This document shows positions 23,879 to 37,800 of a stretch of DNA of 64,000 nucleotides, in pieces. The notes beneath the pieces were generated by a model that ran no database searches, was not told the DNA's origin, and was given only the letters and a program-made list of their open reading frames with translations. The stretch lies in the NCBI GenBank assembly GCA_951406725.2, contig OX597831.1, forward strand, positions 66,154,001 to 66,218,000, in the 5' to 3' direction. A program made the translations under genes and the position numbers. Position 1 is the stretch's first letter, and each line of letters opens with the position of its first letter. The DNA comes from Octopus vulgaris (taxonomy: Eukaryota).

Positions 23879-26369
23879 TAGCTTCAAGAAAGTTCTGATT
23901 AAACAGACTTAACTTAAAAGATATTCCAGCTTCTACCATTTTATCTTTTTGCGTGTCTAGAAATACTTTGCCTAGTGTGTCCTTGTTTTAAGACGATAGG
24001 GCAGGACTTGAGGGGAATCTAGCTGCTATTACTAGCAGGCTTAGCAACTATGTAAAGGCTTTCTTGGTTCATAAATGCCTCCAGTGTTTTGAAACACCCT
24101 TACACAAGAAAATGACTTTAAAACCTTCCTTTAAGAAGTGATTTCGATGTCTTTTATAACTTCTGTAGCTTAACTTTTAAAAGGCGTTTGTATTTCCAAG
24201 AAACATTTTGCATTATAAGTGCAGCAAATTTAGTGTGTGTGTATTTGTGCATGCATATACACACACACACACATCACTATGCATGCTGAAGATGATTGCA
24301 TTTATGCATGTTCATGCACTCTCTCTCTCTCTCTCTCTCATTCTCTCTCTCACTCACCCACGAAAATATATGCACAAAATCAGACTCAGCTCTGGTTAAG
24401 GAACAAGTCCATTTACAGAGGATGTTGAAAAATTTTGACCAGGAGGTCAATGAAACACATATAAGCACAAGCTAGAGGACACAGGCACATAATCACTTTG
24501 TCAGAAGTATTTTTCAAAAAAGAAAATGACTATCCTCCAGACACTAAAATATGCTTCAACACACGAACTCATATAAAGAATCTTGCAAACCAAATCCAAA
24601 AACGAAATATTTTTCAATTGTTTTTCACAAAAGCAGTTTCTCTTTAATAATGCTCCTACATGTGTATTAAAATCAGTATTTAGATATGGACAACTTTATC
24701 TTTCACACCCAAAGAACTGCAACAATTTAATACATAAAGTTCTATTACTGATGAAATAAAAATCATTATGGATTTTTTTATATAGTAATTATAACATGTG
24801 TTAAGTCAATAAGTGCAAGACCAAATTTATAAGCTTTCCTACAAAAAAGATATTCTCTTAAGATTTCTAAATTTTCAATTATTGGAAATCATTTTCTTAG
24901 AAGAGACATTTATAAAGTATTTTCCACAAAACTTATTTGCACTTGAAATAAAATTTAGTGAAGTTTCCAGCTTTATTTCAGTGTCAGAATATACATTATC
25001 TTTGAGCTTTGTTTCTTTATATTTCTATAAAATATTTAAATAACTCAGTAGTTAAAGTGTTAAAATCAGATCCATAAGTGTGATATTCAAATCTTTCCGA
25101 AGACATTGAATCACATGTGTAGTTGAGGCTTTCATTGTTTCTATTACCTGAGTACATCAAGAACAAAGAAATCATTCTCTGCCAGAGGTGCATTCAGCCA
25201 TAATTTTTTTTCTTTAATGTCTAATTTTAAAAACAACTTCCGTTTATGGTTAGTGAAAGAAAAAATGAAAAAAAATATTACCAATAAAAATTGTGACTTC
25301 CACTCCAGTGCTTAGAACACATTGTTAACTCACAAAAGCTTCTCAGATAATTATCTACCACAGTTTAAAATTGCTCAATTTAGACAACAGTACAATTATT
25401 TCCTACTACATCTGTCCATAAAGTGATATTAAATACTGTTCTGAAGAGTATTTGATATCACTTCCCACTATTTATCATTGAGGGTCTGAGCATGTACTTA
25501 TTTTACAGGCCTGATTAATTTGTCTCAGCTGTCCATAGAAAGCATCATTAAAACCAGCTAGCTCTAAAATATTATACAAAAAATGATTAAGTCATTAGTA
25601 AACTGGCATAGCAGTTCCTTTTATATTGCTTAACATCAGCAACTAATGATCTGACTTATAATTATGATATAACTTCAACTATTGTGTTGTTTATAAGTCT
25701 ATAGGTATGATATCAGAGCTTGTATGCATAGTGTTAAATATGTGTGTGTAAGAAAGACTTTAGCTCCTTATTGACTAATCATTAAAAATGCCTTTCTATA
25801 GACAAATCTTTTATAAACAATGAGAATAACTTCTTTATAAATAATCTAGTGAGAATAATCAATTATTCTTGAAGCACATTGCTTACTGATATTACACTAC
25901 ACTGGCTATAATTTTATTTTAATATTTCACATGCTGTTGATATCAAATACTTGTAATATTAAAGATAAAAGGTAAAAATTATTGATCTTAATGGAGACGT
26001 GTTTGAAATTTAAATGCAATAAACACATATGCTGACTGTGATGTGTTAGAGCATTTCTGTTCATCTTCGATCTGTTATGCTGTTTCGATTTAGAAGGTAT
26101 TTCACTACCCTCTTTTATGCTGGTATATTGAAGAAAATGTGACAGCAGCAGTTGTTGCAGATGAAGCAACGGTAGCAGCCTCAGAAATAGAAACAGCAAC
26201 CATAATATGCAGTCTTAGCATTTACAGTGAAATTTATTAACAAAAGCTAAGTAGTAAGTGTTAGTGATTGCAGTGGAACTACTATGGAAGGAAACTATCC
26301 AAGCCAATACTGGTTCCCTTTGATGAACAGATTTAAGATTTTAGATTATTTCTCTCTTTCCTCCTCCAT

Positions 26370-26923
<554 letters not shown>

Positions 26924-28520
26924 GGTGATGGTCACTAAATATAAAAATAGTTAATGAATGATTCTCCCCTCAGCTGTCAAATTTCTTCATTAAAAACGAC
27001 ACCTCTCAGTCTTTCTACACCTGTCCCTGTGTGAATTTCTATCTTTCCATTTACTCACACATATGTAAGTGTGCATGTATATAATATGTGTGTGTGTGTG
27101 TATAATCTATGTATATATATTTATGCATGTATTTGTATGTGTGTGTGTGAGTATAAATAAATACGTGTATGTATATTATTTACATTTTTAATAAACGTGT
27201 CTCTATTTTGCAACTTTTTCTCCTTAACATGTCTTCAACCTTCCAACTAGTTCACATTTTGGCTAGCCAACTACATCTGCAAAAGCCAAAGCAATCATTA
27301 CCTTTTTTCAATAACTGTATTCTCTACCTTGCAATCACACTTGGCTACTTCTTCAGATATATCATTTATTTACTACAGATAATAATAATAATATGTAAAA
27401 TCTATGCCAAGAAAGATATCTTCTCCCTAGAAGATGGCATACACAATAACACTTGCTAATACCAATTATATTTTGTATTGTTAGTTATTTGTGTGTGTGC
27501 GCATACGTGTGTGTGTGTGTGTGTGTGAATGCTTGTGTATGTGTGTGTACGTGTGTGTGTATGTATGTGTGTGTCAATGCTGGTGTATGTGAGTGTGTGT
27601 GTGTGTGTGTGCATGCGCACGTGCACACATGTGTATGAGTATGTGTATGTGTTTGTCAATTTGGTGTGTTACCTCAAAAATATGTTTATGGAAATATGAT
27701 CCAGAGCTTTATTTTCTCCTTAAATTTTTAAAGCTAAATTGTTCATTATCTATTGATTTGCCTACATGTAAAGAAAAAATATTGATTTGCATGTATGCCA
27801 AGAAAAAAAAAAATTATTTTAATATTGACAACTGATGCCAGTTTACAGCCCAAAATCTATATTTCTCTCTGCTAGCTCTGTTTTGGAATAACACTCACTA
27901 CACACATAGCAGTTTACAGATACTCACAATTGGATTACTATAACCTACATGCTACATTTTACATGTTTTAATTGGATTGATAACTTCTATTTACTGTGAT
28001 ATTTTCAATAAGTTTTATTATGAAATCTTCAAATATACCTCTGTATATTGTGCTGTTTGTGATAACCTTGCATTTACTTTGATTGGAAGACTACTACAAT
28101 GATGCCACTACCTAAATCAGATTGACTCGATATTTATTCTTGTTACTATTATTCTATGCATGTAAGCTCTATAATGTACCAATTATGTCTTAGATTTACT
28201 TATCAACAGGCTCTATTCCATTTAACGTTACATATTCTTTTGATGGGCTTGTTATCATAGTAGCATGACTTAAAGAATATTCTTATGGATGTCGTATGCT
28301 TTGTTTAGAACAAGCTGATATGTACTCCTTGTTGATGTTTCAATACTACAAAACAAATACAATGCTATTGTTTTTTTATATATTTATCTACTTGCTCTTC
28401 TTGGATTGAATTCTATTGTACATGGCTTGTCTTCTGTTCCGTAGAAGAGGAAGCTATTATTAACCATACACCAGAATCTCAATTATATTTTGATAAATTG
28501 GTTCCATTATATCTGTATGG

Positions 28521-28741
28521 ATGAGTGGGCATAGGAGTCGAAGTCTTTTTCGTCGGCGCCATCCGAGTAGCAGTAGTGATTTGGACAGTCTTACTGTACC
28601 AGTAATTACAGTCAACATGCAATATCTATCTCCCAATCTTAATACCTCATCGGGCAGCCAAGGAAAAGCTCGAAACTGGCTGTCAAAATTAAGACGAGAG
28701 CCACGAAGTAAAAGCAAAAATTCTTTGTCTTCTTCTTCCAG
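28521..28741 (+). CDS. PDE4: Putative alternative N-terminal coding extension of the PDE4 exon ([20 protein letters not shown]...SSSSR)
   Basis: ATG 28521 is in frame with the UCR1 exon and open for 74 codons. In-frame stop upstream at 28494. Visibly GC-richer than the flanking intron. Candidate upstream acceptor cttctgttccgtAG at 28444. Confidence 0.55.
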
Positions 28742-28849
28742 ACATTCAGAGGATTTGATTGTTACCCCATTTGCCCAGATTCTGGCCAGTTTACGCAGCG
28801 TTCGGAATAATTACCTCAACTTAACCAATGTGAACTTACCAAAAGAGAG
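28742..28849 (+). CDS. PDE4: cAMP-specific phosphodiesterase 4 (dunce homologue), internal exon encoding the C-terminal half of UCR1
   Basis: [29 protein letters not shown] matches the PDE4/dunce UCR1 motif HG(D/E)DLIVTPFAQ(V/I)LASLR(T/S)VRNN. Pyrimidine-rich acceptor tcttcttcttcCAG (28739-41) and donor AG|GTTAGT (28850). 108 nt, phase 2-2. Confidence 0.93.
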
Positions 28850-29284
28850 GTTAGTAACAATTTCTACTTTTTTTTATGTCAATTGAAAAATGTAATAAAA
28901 TAATGTCAATTAATAAATTACCAATAAGTATATACACATTAAATGACACATTGCTACAATATGCATGCTAGACACATACACACATATATACACATGTGTT
29001 CATGTGTGTGTGTAATTATAAATTGATGTGTGGGTGTATGAGCATGTTTGAGAGTATGAGGTTGCAAATATACATGCTGAATAACAAAATATGTGTACCT
29101 GCTTAAATATCATTAATTCACATCTGCAGCAGGCATTTTATTTTGTTTTTAAGCATGACAACTCCATGTGCCTCTGTTCCTCTTGCAATATGGAATTAGT
29201 ACCTGATTTCCCAGGTGTATTTTCAGCTTCGTAAACCTACTAACAGGTGACAACTGTGGGCTTCTTCAATGTGTTCATACCTAT

Positions 29285-29479
29285 TAATCCAAGGCATGCA
29301 TTTTTAAAAGTTTACCTGGATTTGTCATCAAACCTGATAATTAGAGTGTGTAAATATATATGTGTATGCAGGTGAGGTGTTATATACAGAAATACATGCA
29401 TATACATATACATAATACATATGTTATAATTTGGTGACAAACCCAGGTGATCTTCTAAATGCAGCATGTTCTGGATTAA
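29285..29479. repeat. Diverged ~50-bp inverted repeat
   Basis: TTAATCCAAGGCATGC...ACCTGGATTTGTCATCAAA versus TTTGGTGACAAACCCAGGT...GCATGTTCTGGATTAA. Confidence 0.6.
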
Positions 29480-29638
29480 AATGCTGTCTTAGATTTTAAC
29501 CACGAGGAAGTATCAGCAGTTATAAGTCTGTTTGCTTATATTTCCAAAATATGATTTCATATTTCAAATAAATTTGAAGAAGTTTATGTCTTGTGCCAAA
29601 TCTAAATATTTATTTGTTTTGCAAAAATTCGACAGATT

Positions 29639-29675
<37 letters not shown>

Positions 29676-30552
29676 ATGCTTGTGCACGTGTGTGTGTGCA
29701 TGCATGTGCGCTTGTGTGTGTGTGTGTACGAATGTAGACAAGGTGAAAGAAAAAGCAAGGTGTGTGACCTTTAATTATAAATTAAAATTTCGTTATAGAC
29801 AATATGTCTTTGGCATGGCACATTGATACTTGCTTCACGACAGTGGGATTGCCACTAGCAAGGGCATCAAGCAGTCAGAAGAAATCCTTCTATTTCTGCT
29901 GCCACTGAGTACATGCAAACATAACAATCTATATAATTATTATGTGATTTATTTTGAAATAAACTCTGCCAGAAAATCAGAAATTGTCTGTTTATTCCAT
30001 CAAAATAATTTTGACAGAAATCTAAAACTTTCTGTTGTTAACTGAATAAAACAGATGTCAAACACAGCACAGTTTGTTCTGCTAATGTGCACCTATCACA
30101 CACAAAGCTTTAGTATTATTTCATTAAACATGACTTTCAAATGTGACATTTATACAAAAATCATTAATAACTAACATTAACTACAAATCATTATTTTCCT
30201 TAAAACAGAAATTTTATTTGTATCTTTTTTTTTTACTGTTCTATATTTACATTGAAATATATTCATGGTAGCAATTAAAGTATTTTATTTGACGTTACAG
30301 AAAATAAGATGAATAAACTATTTGATAAAGGCAGCAATCCAAATGCAAATATAAATTCTTTTTAAGTTATTAAAACTCCATTGTTTTTGAAACATTATTT
30401 CACTATTTCCACCTTTACAACTATGTCTGTAACTGCTACACTTGTAAAACTGTATTCCTTATGCAAGTTGTTCCAACTCTTAAGAATATGTGTCTGAACT
30501 AAAATATATGAATATATTTCAGTTTATTACACCATATGTAAAATAATCAGTA

Positions 30553-30637
<85 letters not shown>

Positions 30638-30641
<4 letters not shown>

Positions 30642-30810
30642 TAAAAACAGTAAGATAACAAAAGAAAGAAAGAGACCTCAATATTATGTAAATAGAGGAA
30701 ATTTATCTGTAAAATAATATGTGACAATTATTCAATAGCCAAGATAAAACTCTGAGTTTCAGATGGCGAGGTGGAAATCCACAACACCATCTCTTTGGTT
30801 ATCTGGCCAT
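30638..30810 (-). mobile_element. Penelope-like terminal fragment in (TA)n with a degenerate hammerhead (30738-30807)
   Basis: Minus strand: AGAUAA-CCAAAGA-GAUGGUG...CGCCAUC-U-GAAA-CUCAGAG-UU-UUAUCU. Flanked by (TA)n on both sides. Confidence 0.5.
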
Positions 30811-33800
30811 ATATATATATATCATTTGTATTAAAACGTTTTAGTTAGCAAATATTAATATTCTCTATATGCAATAACCAATTATACATAACTAACAGGT
30901 GAAAATATTTCTATGTATATGACATTGAACATATGTATTATACATTATATATTATTCAGCATACAAGCAATAACAAACCGTGTATATTGTAAGCAGAAGA
31001 TTGTTAGAACATAGTGAAGGAAAATCTTATGTACACAGAAGATGAATAGTTGTGTTGATACACAAAATTATTTCATTTTTCTTTCGGTCTACTTGAAGAA
31101 TATTATACTAGTCTACCAAAAATCTTTATCTCTATGATTAAATAATTACCCCATGATCAATAGTTCTAAAATGTTTACTACTTCAACCAGACTGGCTATT
31201 ATTAGTGACAGAAACATTAAGACCCGATAGACATTTGAACATTTTTCTCTATATTTCCTTTCCATATACCTACCTGCTCAACAACAACTCTCACTAAAAT
31301 ATAATATATATTAAGATTCAAAAGCAAGAATTCTCAGTCAGTCACAGTTTGAGCAGTTGCTATTTTTCATTTTATGAATCCTTACCAGTTATCAATCAAT
31401 TATTGATTAACAGATTAGTACTGAGTAGTCTCTTTGTGGATATTATAACTGTCAATAGTGTTATCAAAAGACTGTTTATTTACTAATGTTTGTCATATAA
31501 TACTTGATCTTCATTAGCAGCCATTGAAATGATTTAGACATTCTTGTGAACATGCTGTTTATGTTTTACTTGAAAAGTTAAACATATATATATATACATA
31601 AATATATATGTGTATGTGCATCTGTCTTAGCAAATATCAAGGTCAAACCAATATTACTTTCTTTAATTTCTTTCACTTCCACAAAAATTCATTCACAGTT
31701 CCAAATTAAACTAAAGTTCACTTTTCTGAAATTTAAAAATATTTAGCACTTCTTATTCTGTTCAAATATTTAAAGTACTAAATTTAAATTGTGTTGCCTC
31801 TTTGCCACAGATTACAGTATATTACTGCTTTCTTTTTATCATGGCTAGAACCTGAAGTTAGTCATCTTCATACAATTACATAGTCACCTTGCAAAAATTT
31901 AATACACAAAGGAAGTGCTTTTGTTTTCTTTGACATGTTTTTCTTCAAATTTTCCTTCAGTAGTTACTAGTCTCACTGAATCTTCATAAAATGTATGAAA
32001 GTTCCATTTTATATGTTCCTATAATATAATGTATTAAATAACTAAAATTTGAATAGTCCTTTCTGTTAAAACAATCTCTTCAATATTTTTTAAGATTTGA
32101 CCTTTGAGATAAACTATTCTATTTCTTACTTTAGTTTGTCAATTTAAAAAGTAGTTACTAGTTGCACTTCATGAACTATTTCATACTTTAGAAGCACTAC
32201 CTGTTTTTAAAACATTAATTTCAGAAATTGGAGTAAATAAAAATAATAAAAAATCCATTAGTTTACCTTTTATTTTACATTAGATATATTTCTGAATTGT
32301 GGAAATTATGGTACTGAGAATTACTTAATGTTTCCTGCTAAGCATCTAAATGTTTGGTTTATATGAAAACCAGAAAATCTTTTGTTTACTTCTTTTTCAT
32401 GTTGCTGGTAACATTAGTTGCTAACCACATGTCTCTACCTTATTTTCTCTCAACTACCAAACCATATAGCTTTTAACTTACCATACAATTCCATTTGCAT
32501 AGCACTCCATGCACTTCTATTTATGTACTTGTCTGTGATTTTTCTCAAGTTTTCCATACAAAACTACTTTCTCGGGTCTGTTACTTTGATTCTGCTAGGC
32601 CAAGGTTAATAATATACAGATTCTCAATCCATTTTGGACACCTTTGTAATACAGCCAGGAACTTGCTGGAAATGCTTTGTGGTTACTCAGCTTTGTACTT
32701 ACCACATTGCTCCATCAAATACTGTCCAAAGAATGCACTTAAATTGTTGACAGTAACCAAGGTTTCTCATTGATTTTGAAGTGTGGCATCACATCAAAGG
32801 AATTTCTGTAGATTAATGATTGCAGTTAAAATGATTTATTTTCTGCTAAGTACTTATAGTCGCTTCACCAAAATAAAAATGAAAATCTTATTTTTTTTTG
32901 CTCCCTATATTGGTAAAAACTCCATATCCTTAACTACTGAATATTGCTTCATGTCTTGATATGAGAAAATACATCCTCTAACACCATTAAATTTAGTTCT
33001 ATATTTTGATAAAACGTTATATTACACTCTTCATATTTCTGAATACATGTTTTAGTAAAATCCTGATACTACGTCTAAAATTATGAAAATCTGCCTTAAT
33101 TTAATTGATTCTCATTAACATGATTCTATAATTTCAAAACATTTATTTCTCCTTGCTACCTTTGTTATACATAATGTTATTTTGTCAGCAATTTCAAAGG
33201 CTTCATTACAAATTATTTAACTATCTGACCCCAAGTGAAATTACCTTTCTAGTATTCCTTTAATTACTTCAAAATAAATGAAAACAAAAGTTGTGTATGA
33301 TGGTGTTTGCTGGTGTTTGCTCCCAAGATGGCCTCAATCAGGCAGACCTATGACTAATGACATTCTAGGGATGATTATTCTACTTTTATTTCAGGCATGT
33401 GTATGCCAAACTACATTAACTAATATAGTTTGAAGTCATTGGGTAATATAGTTCTTTTTTAAAACAGTACAGTGTGATTTGGGGGAAATTTGGCTGCTAT
33501 ATCTAGCAAATCGAGTGAACCACATAAGGGTTACATTGCTGGCTCATTGTTGTTGACGATGTTTATTTTGTGAAGTGAATGTGAGACTGATACGAGAAGG
33601 AGCCATTCAACATAGTTTTAATGTTAGTTTTAATTCAAGCTGATTTAGACAATCCCTAGTCACCCATTTCTAGTATCCACAATTTCTCTCTCTCTCACAT
33701 ACACACACACATACACAGAATACATATACACATGTGTGTATAAACTTGAAATTTATTAGGTGTTTGTAATAACATTGTACAAAAATTAACAGAAAACCTA

Positions 33801-34372
33801 ACACTACAACGATATTATCTAATTTTACTATTTAATATACAAAATTTTTGACAATAAAAAGCCCTTTTCAAAAAGCTTTTAAATTAATAGTTCAACTGTT
33901 AAGTCCTGATTTCATATTTTATTTCATGAGTTGTGTATCTGTATTTTAATTTTTTTTTATTTGTTTTTGCTGTTAGTAAAACTTCTATAAAAAATTCTCT
34001 CAATTATTGTGAAATTTTATATAAAACTGTTGTACTGTTTTTTATCTAATTATATTTCAGGTATTATAATATGTATTGCATTAACTTCTTGTTGTATGTG
34101 CATGGTCAACCAGTGAGAAAGTATCATGCTTGTGTATCTAATGTAACAGTTTTAGTCATAGAGTTTACTATTTTCATTGTTTATATTGAAATTTGTACAT
34201 TATATTAGTTGTCTGAAGTATATTCTCTAGTGTGCAAATTTGTGGTTTCATTTTAGGTTAATTATTGTAACATATTCTAATTATGACAATGTAATTAGAT
34301 GTGATACATGTTAGGTTTTGATTTATTCACTTTTAATGAACTGGGGTACATTTGGTTCATGTAGTATACCAT

Positions 34373-34578
34373 ATCATCATCATCATCATTTAACGTCCGT
34401 TCTCCATGCTAGCATGGGTTGGACAGTTCGACCGGGATCTGGGAAGCCAGAAGGCTGCACCAGGCTCCAGTCTGATCTGGCAGTGTTTCTACAGCTGGAT
34501 GCCCTTCCTAACGCCAACCACTCCATGAGTGTAGTGGGTGTTTTTTACGTGCCACTGGCACAGGTGCCAGGCGAGGCA
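34373..34578 (-). mobile_element. Family C repeat
   Basis: Matches the family C core. Confidence 0.85.
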
Positions 34579-35220
34579 TCTTTCCTGGGTGCTACATCTG
34601 TTACATCAGTGCAAGTGAATTTGTTCTTATATTGTTCAAGTTTATTAGAATAACCAGCATTAATACTGTTTGTTTTACTTGCAACATATAATACAATAAA
34701 CAAAATAAGAATAGTTTCATTTAGAATTCCTAAAAAAAAATGAGAAGAACTTTACTATGGAAGTAAAATGAAAATCTTATTTCATTTTGCTCCATATATT
34801 GGTAAAAACTCCATGCAAAATGTAACAGCAAAATGTAAACCAAAACTTAACAGCACATAAAATAAACCATGAAATCAGTGCTTAAATAGCCAATAATTTT
34901 AAATACAGCATTGATGATTTTGTCAGTTACAATAATATTCCTGTAATGTAATGTGACCTACTGCGAAGTATGTAAACAGCACACTATTATTACTATCCTT
35001 TCATCATGATGATGAGGCCTTGAAGGTCTTGAAACATTAATGGATTTATAAATTTAGGAATGCTATTGTCCCAAGTGAAACGTAACAGTACTAATAATGA
35101 AATACAAAAGCTGTGAATAAATATGAAGAAAATTACACACAGCCATGCTTTCAATATTACATGTTTGAAAGACAAACTGAGTTCCCTATTTACAAATATA
35201 ACATACACACACACACACAT

Positions 35221-35570
35221 CATCATCATCGTTCGACCGTGGTCAAGACAATGGAATTTACTATGCTACGCCAGACTTCATGGTCCATCATAGCATTACG
35301 AAGGTCCTGTTGCTGGATGCCGGTATCCCTGGAGATTACATCAGGGTAGGAGAGCGTGTGCCCTCTGGTATTGCGAGTAGATGGCTTCCAGAGGAGAAGA
35401 GTAGAAATTACCTCGTTTTCAGCTCTACAACAATGTCCAGCAAACTGGACTCTCCTACCTTTCACAAGAGATGATACAGGTGCTAGTTTCCCATATATTT
35501 GTACTTAGGTTGGATGACACTTCCACGAGAGATTTTGAGCTCTCATAAGGAGACGAGTGTAGGTTCCATC
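35221..35570 (-). mobile_element. RTE/RTEX-like LINE 3' fragment
   Basis: RRVQFAGHCCRAENEVISTLLLWKP...LSYPDVISRDTG...AMMDHEVWRSIV with a (GAT)n tail. Second copy at 46031. Confidence 0.85.
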
Positions 35571-35576
35571 CACACA

Positions 35577-35614
<38 letters not shown>

Positions 35615-35937
35615 TACACATGCACATATATATACATATGTATGTGTTTATGAATGTATGTATTTAAAAGATTTTGAAGAAAATAAACAGAAATACGCAA
35701 AAATGAAAGGAGAACTATAGCAAAATAACACTGTGCTAAATGTGGAAATAATGTCACTCTTCAGTGACCTTTCAGCGTGGTTAGACTGGTCTTTGTAAGG
35801 CTGGCTTAACATCACTTCTCAGAACTTATTTTCATACAGTTGGCTTAAATGGCACAAAGATCAATCCAGCAGACACACTCGTATGACATATTTTTAATGA
35901 GACATGCAAGTCCTATGCTGGCCTAAAAGGTATTTAA

Positions 35938-36157
35938 CCCTTTCCTTACCAACCCGGCTGAAACTGGCTCTGGTTCTGAGTACAAATGTCTTGTTTTCAT
36001 AAGTTTTGGATTAAAATCTTCCACCAAACCTTAGTCGCAATTTATGTTCCTAACACTAGCTTAATGATAACTAAGTTGTTTTACTAAATCCTTTGTTATA
36101 TTTAAAGTAATTGAAAGAAACACAGAGCATCTCAAAATAAATACAGTAACAAAAGGG
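35938..36157. mobile_element. piggyBac-like MITE, second copy
   Basis: Same TIR and body as 9634-9850, with TTAA flanks. Confidence 0.85.
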
Positions 36158-36529
36158 TTAAAAATCCATAAATCAGACATGACAAACAATACTGTGCCCC
36201 TGGAGGTGAGACATATTTGCACTGTTTGTAACACAAATTGCAAACAGCTCTCAGAATTCAAAAGCCACTTACATGCTCATGCATGGAAACAGCACATATA
36301 AGAAGTGGTCAAACTTTGAATTGTGGCAGACTGACTGAATATATTTTTATCCTCTTCATTGTTTTGATGTTCACTTTTCATGCTTACATGGATCAAATAG
36401 TAGATTCCCTATGGCAATGCAACATTTCCCTATGTTTTCATGAAAAACTGCGAATACAGGACACTGCATATGTAGGTGGGTGATGCTCATTTACAACTAT
36501 CTTATGATGTCAATCAAGACAACAGGTGT

Positions 36530-36537
36530 CAAACATA

Positions 36538-36597
<60 letters not shown>

Positions 36598-36740
36598 TGT
36601 GTGTGTTTGTTCATATGTATGTATCTCTATGTATGTATCTGCAACAGGCTCCTTTCAGTTTCTGTCTACTAAATCTACTCACAAGGTTTTGGTCAATTGA
36701 AACCACATGATTAGGAAGCAGACTTCTTAATCACAACCAT
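36530..36740 (-). mobile_element. Degenerate SINE family A
   Basis: CTTTCAGTTTCTGTCTACTAAATCTACTCACAAGG motif. Confidence 0.65.
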
Positions 36741-37373
36741 GTCTTGACCTGTAATTTGTAAAATAACTTTGTATATTGTGAAGTTAAGTGATTTATGATT
36801 GCAAATAATCAATATTTAAAATTTTTTTTTATTTTATCTAGTTTCAGCTCGTTTCAGCTGTAGCCATGCTGGGGCACCGCCAATAGTTGAAGATATAATG
36901 TAAATTATAATGCAAGAGGGTGGAGAGACAGGAAAATTAGGAGAAAAGAGTTGTAGGCAAAGAGAAGGAAAGGTCTGACTATGGGTTGAATAAAAAGAAA
37001 ACGTAATGAAAGAGGGAGAGAAGGCTTATTGCTGAGGGCAAGCAACAACAGGAGGGTAAAGGAACTAGAGAGAAACGTCTTGGATACATCCTAAAACTGA
37101 AGTTTTCAAAAAGGGGAGAAATATTAAGGATCAAGGTGGCATACTTGAAAAAGAAGTTTGGAGAAAGATCAGGTTTGAAGGTCAGAAAGTAGATATGAAG
37201 ATTTGCTTAAGATAGAGAGTTGAAAAAGAAGGACTATCATGTGTAATAGAACAGAAAGAAGAGTTTGGTTCAAAGTTATTGTATAGCCTCAAATTAGTTC
37301 TTATCCAACAGATATACCTAAGATGGGAAATATTCCAGCTGTGATCATTCCATTTTTATATATATCGACATAG

Positions 37374-37537
37374 AGGCACAAGAGTGGCTGTGTAGTAAGT
37401 AGCTTGCTTACCAACCACATGGTTCTGGGTTCAGTCCCACTGCGTGGCACCTTGAGCAAGTGTCTTCTACTATAGCCTTGAGCTGACCAAAGCCTTGTGA
37501 GTGGATTTGGTAGACGGAAACTGAAAGAAGCCTATCG

Positions 37538-37590
<53 letters not shown>

Positions 37591-37800
37591 TTACGTGTCT
37601 GTGTTTGTCCCCCCAACATCGCTTGACAACCGATGCTGGTGTGATTGCGTCTCCGTAACTTAGCAGTTCGGCAAAAGAGGCTGATAGAATAAGTACTAGA
37701 CTTACAAAGAATAAGTCCTGGGGTCGATTTGCTCAACTAAAGGCAGTGCTCCTGCATGGCCACAGTCAAATGACTGAAACAAGTAAAAGAGTAAAGAGAG
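37374..37800 (+). mobile_element. SINE family A
   Basis: Full-length match. Confidence 0.9.

Noticed and set aside
26284-26360. MEGNYPSQYWFPLMNRF as an alternative PDE4 first exon
   Set aside because: No donor site was found, and the ORF runs into a (CT)n tract.
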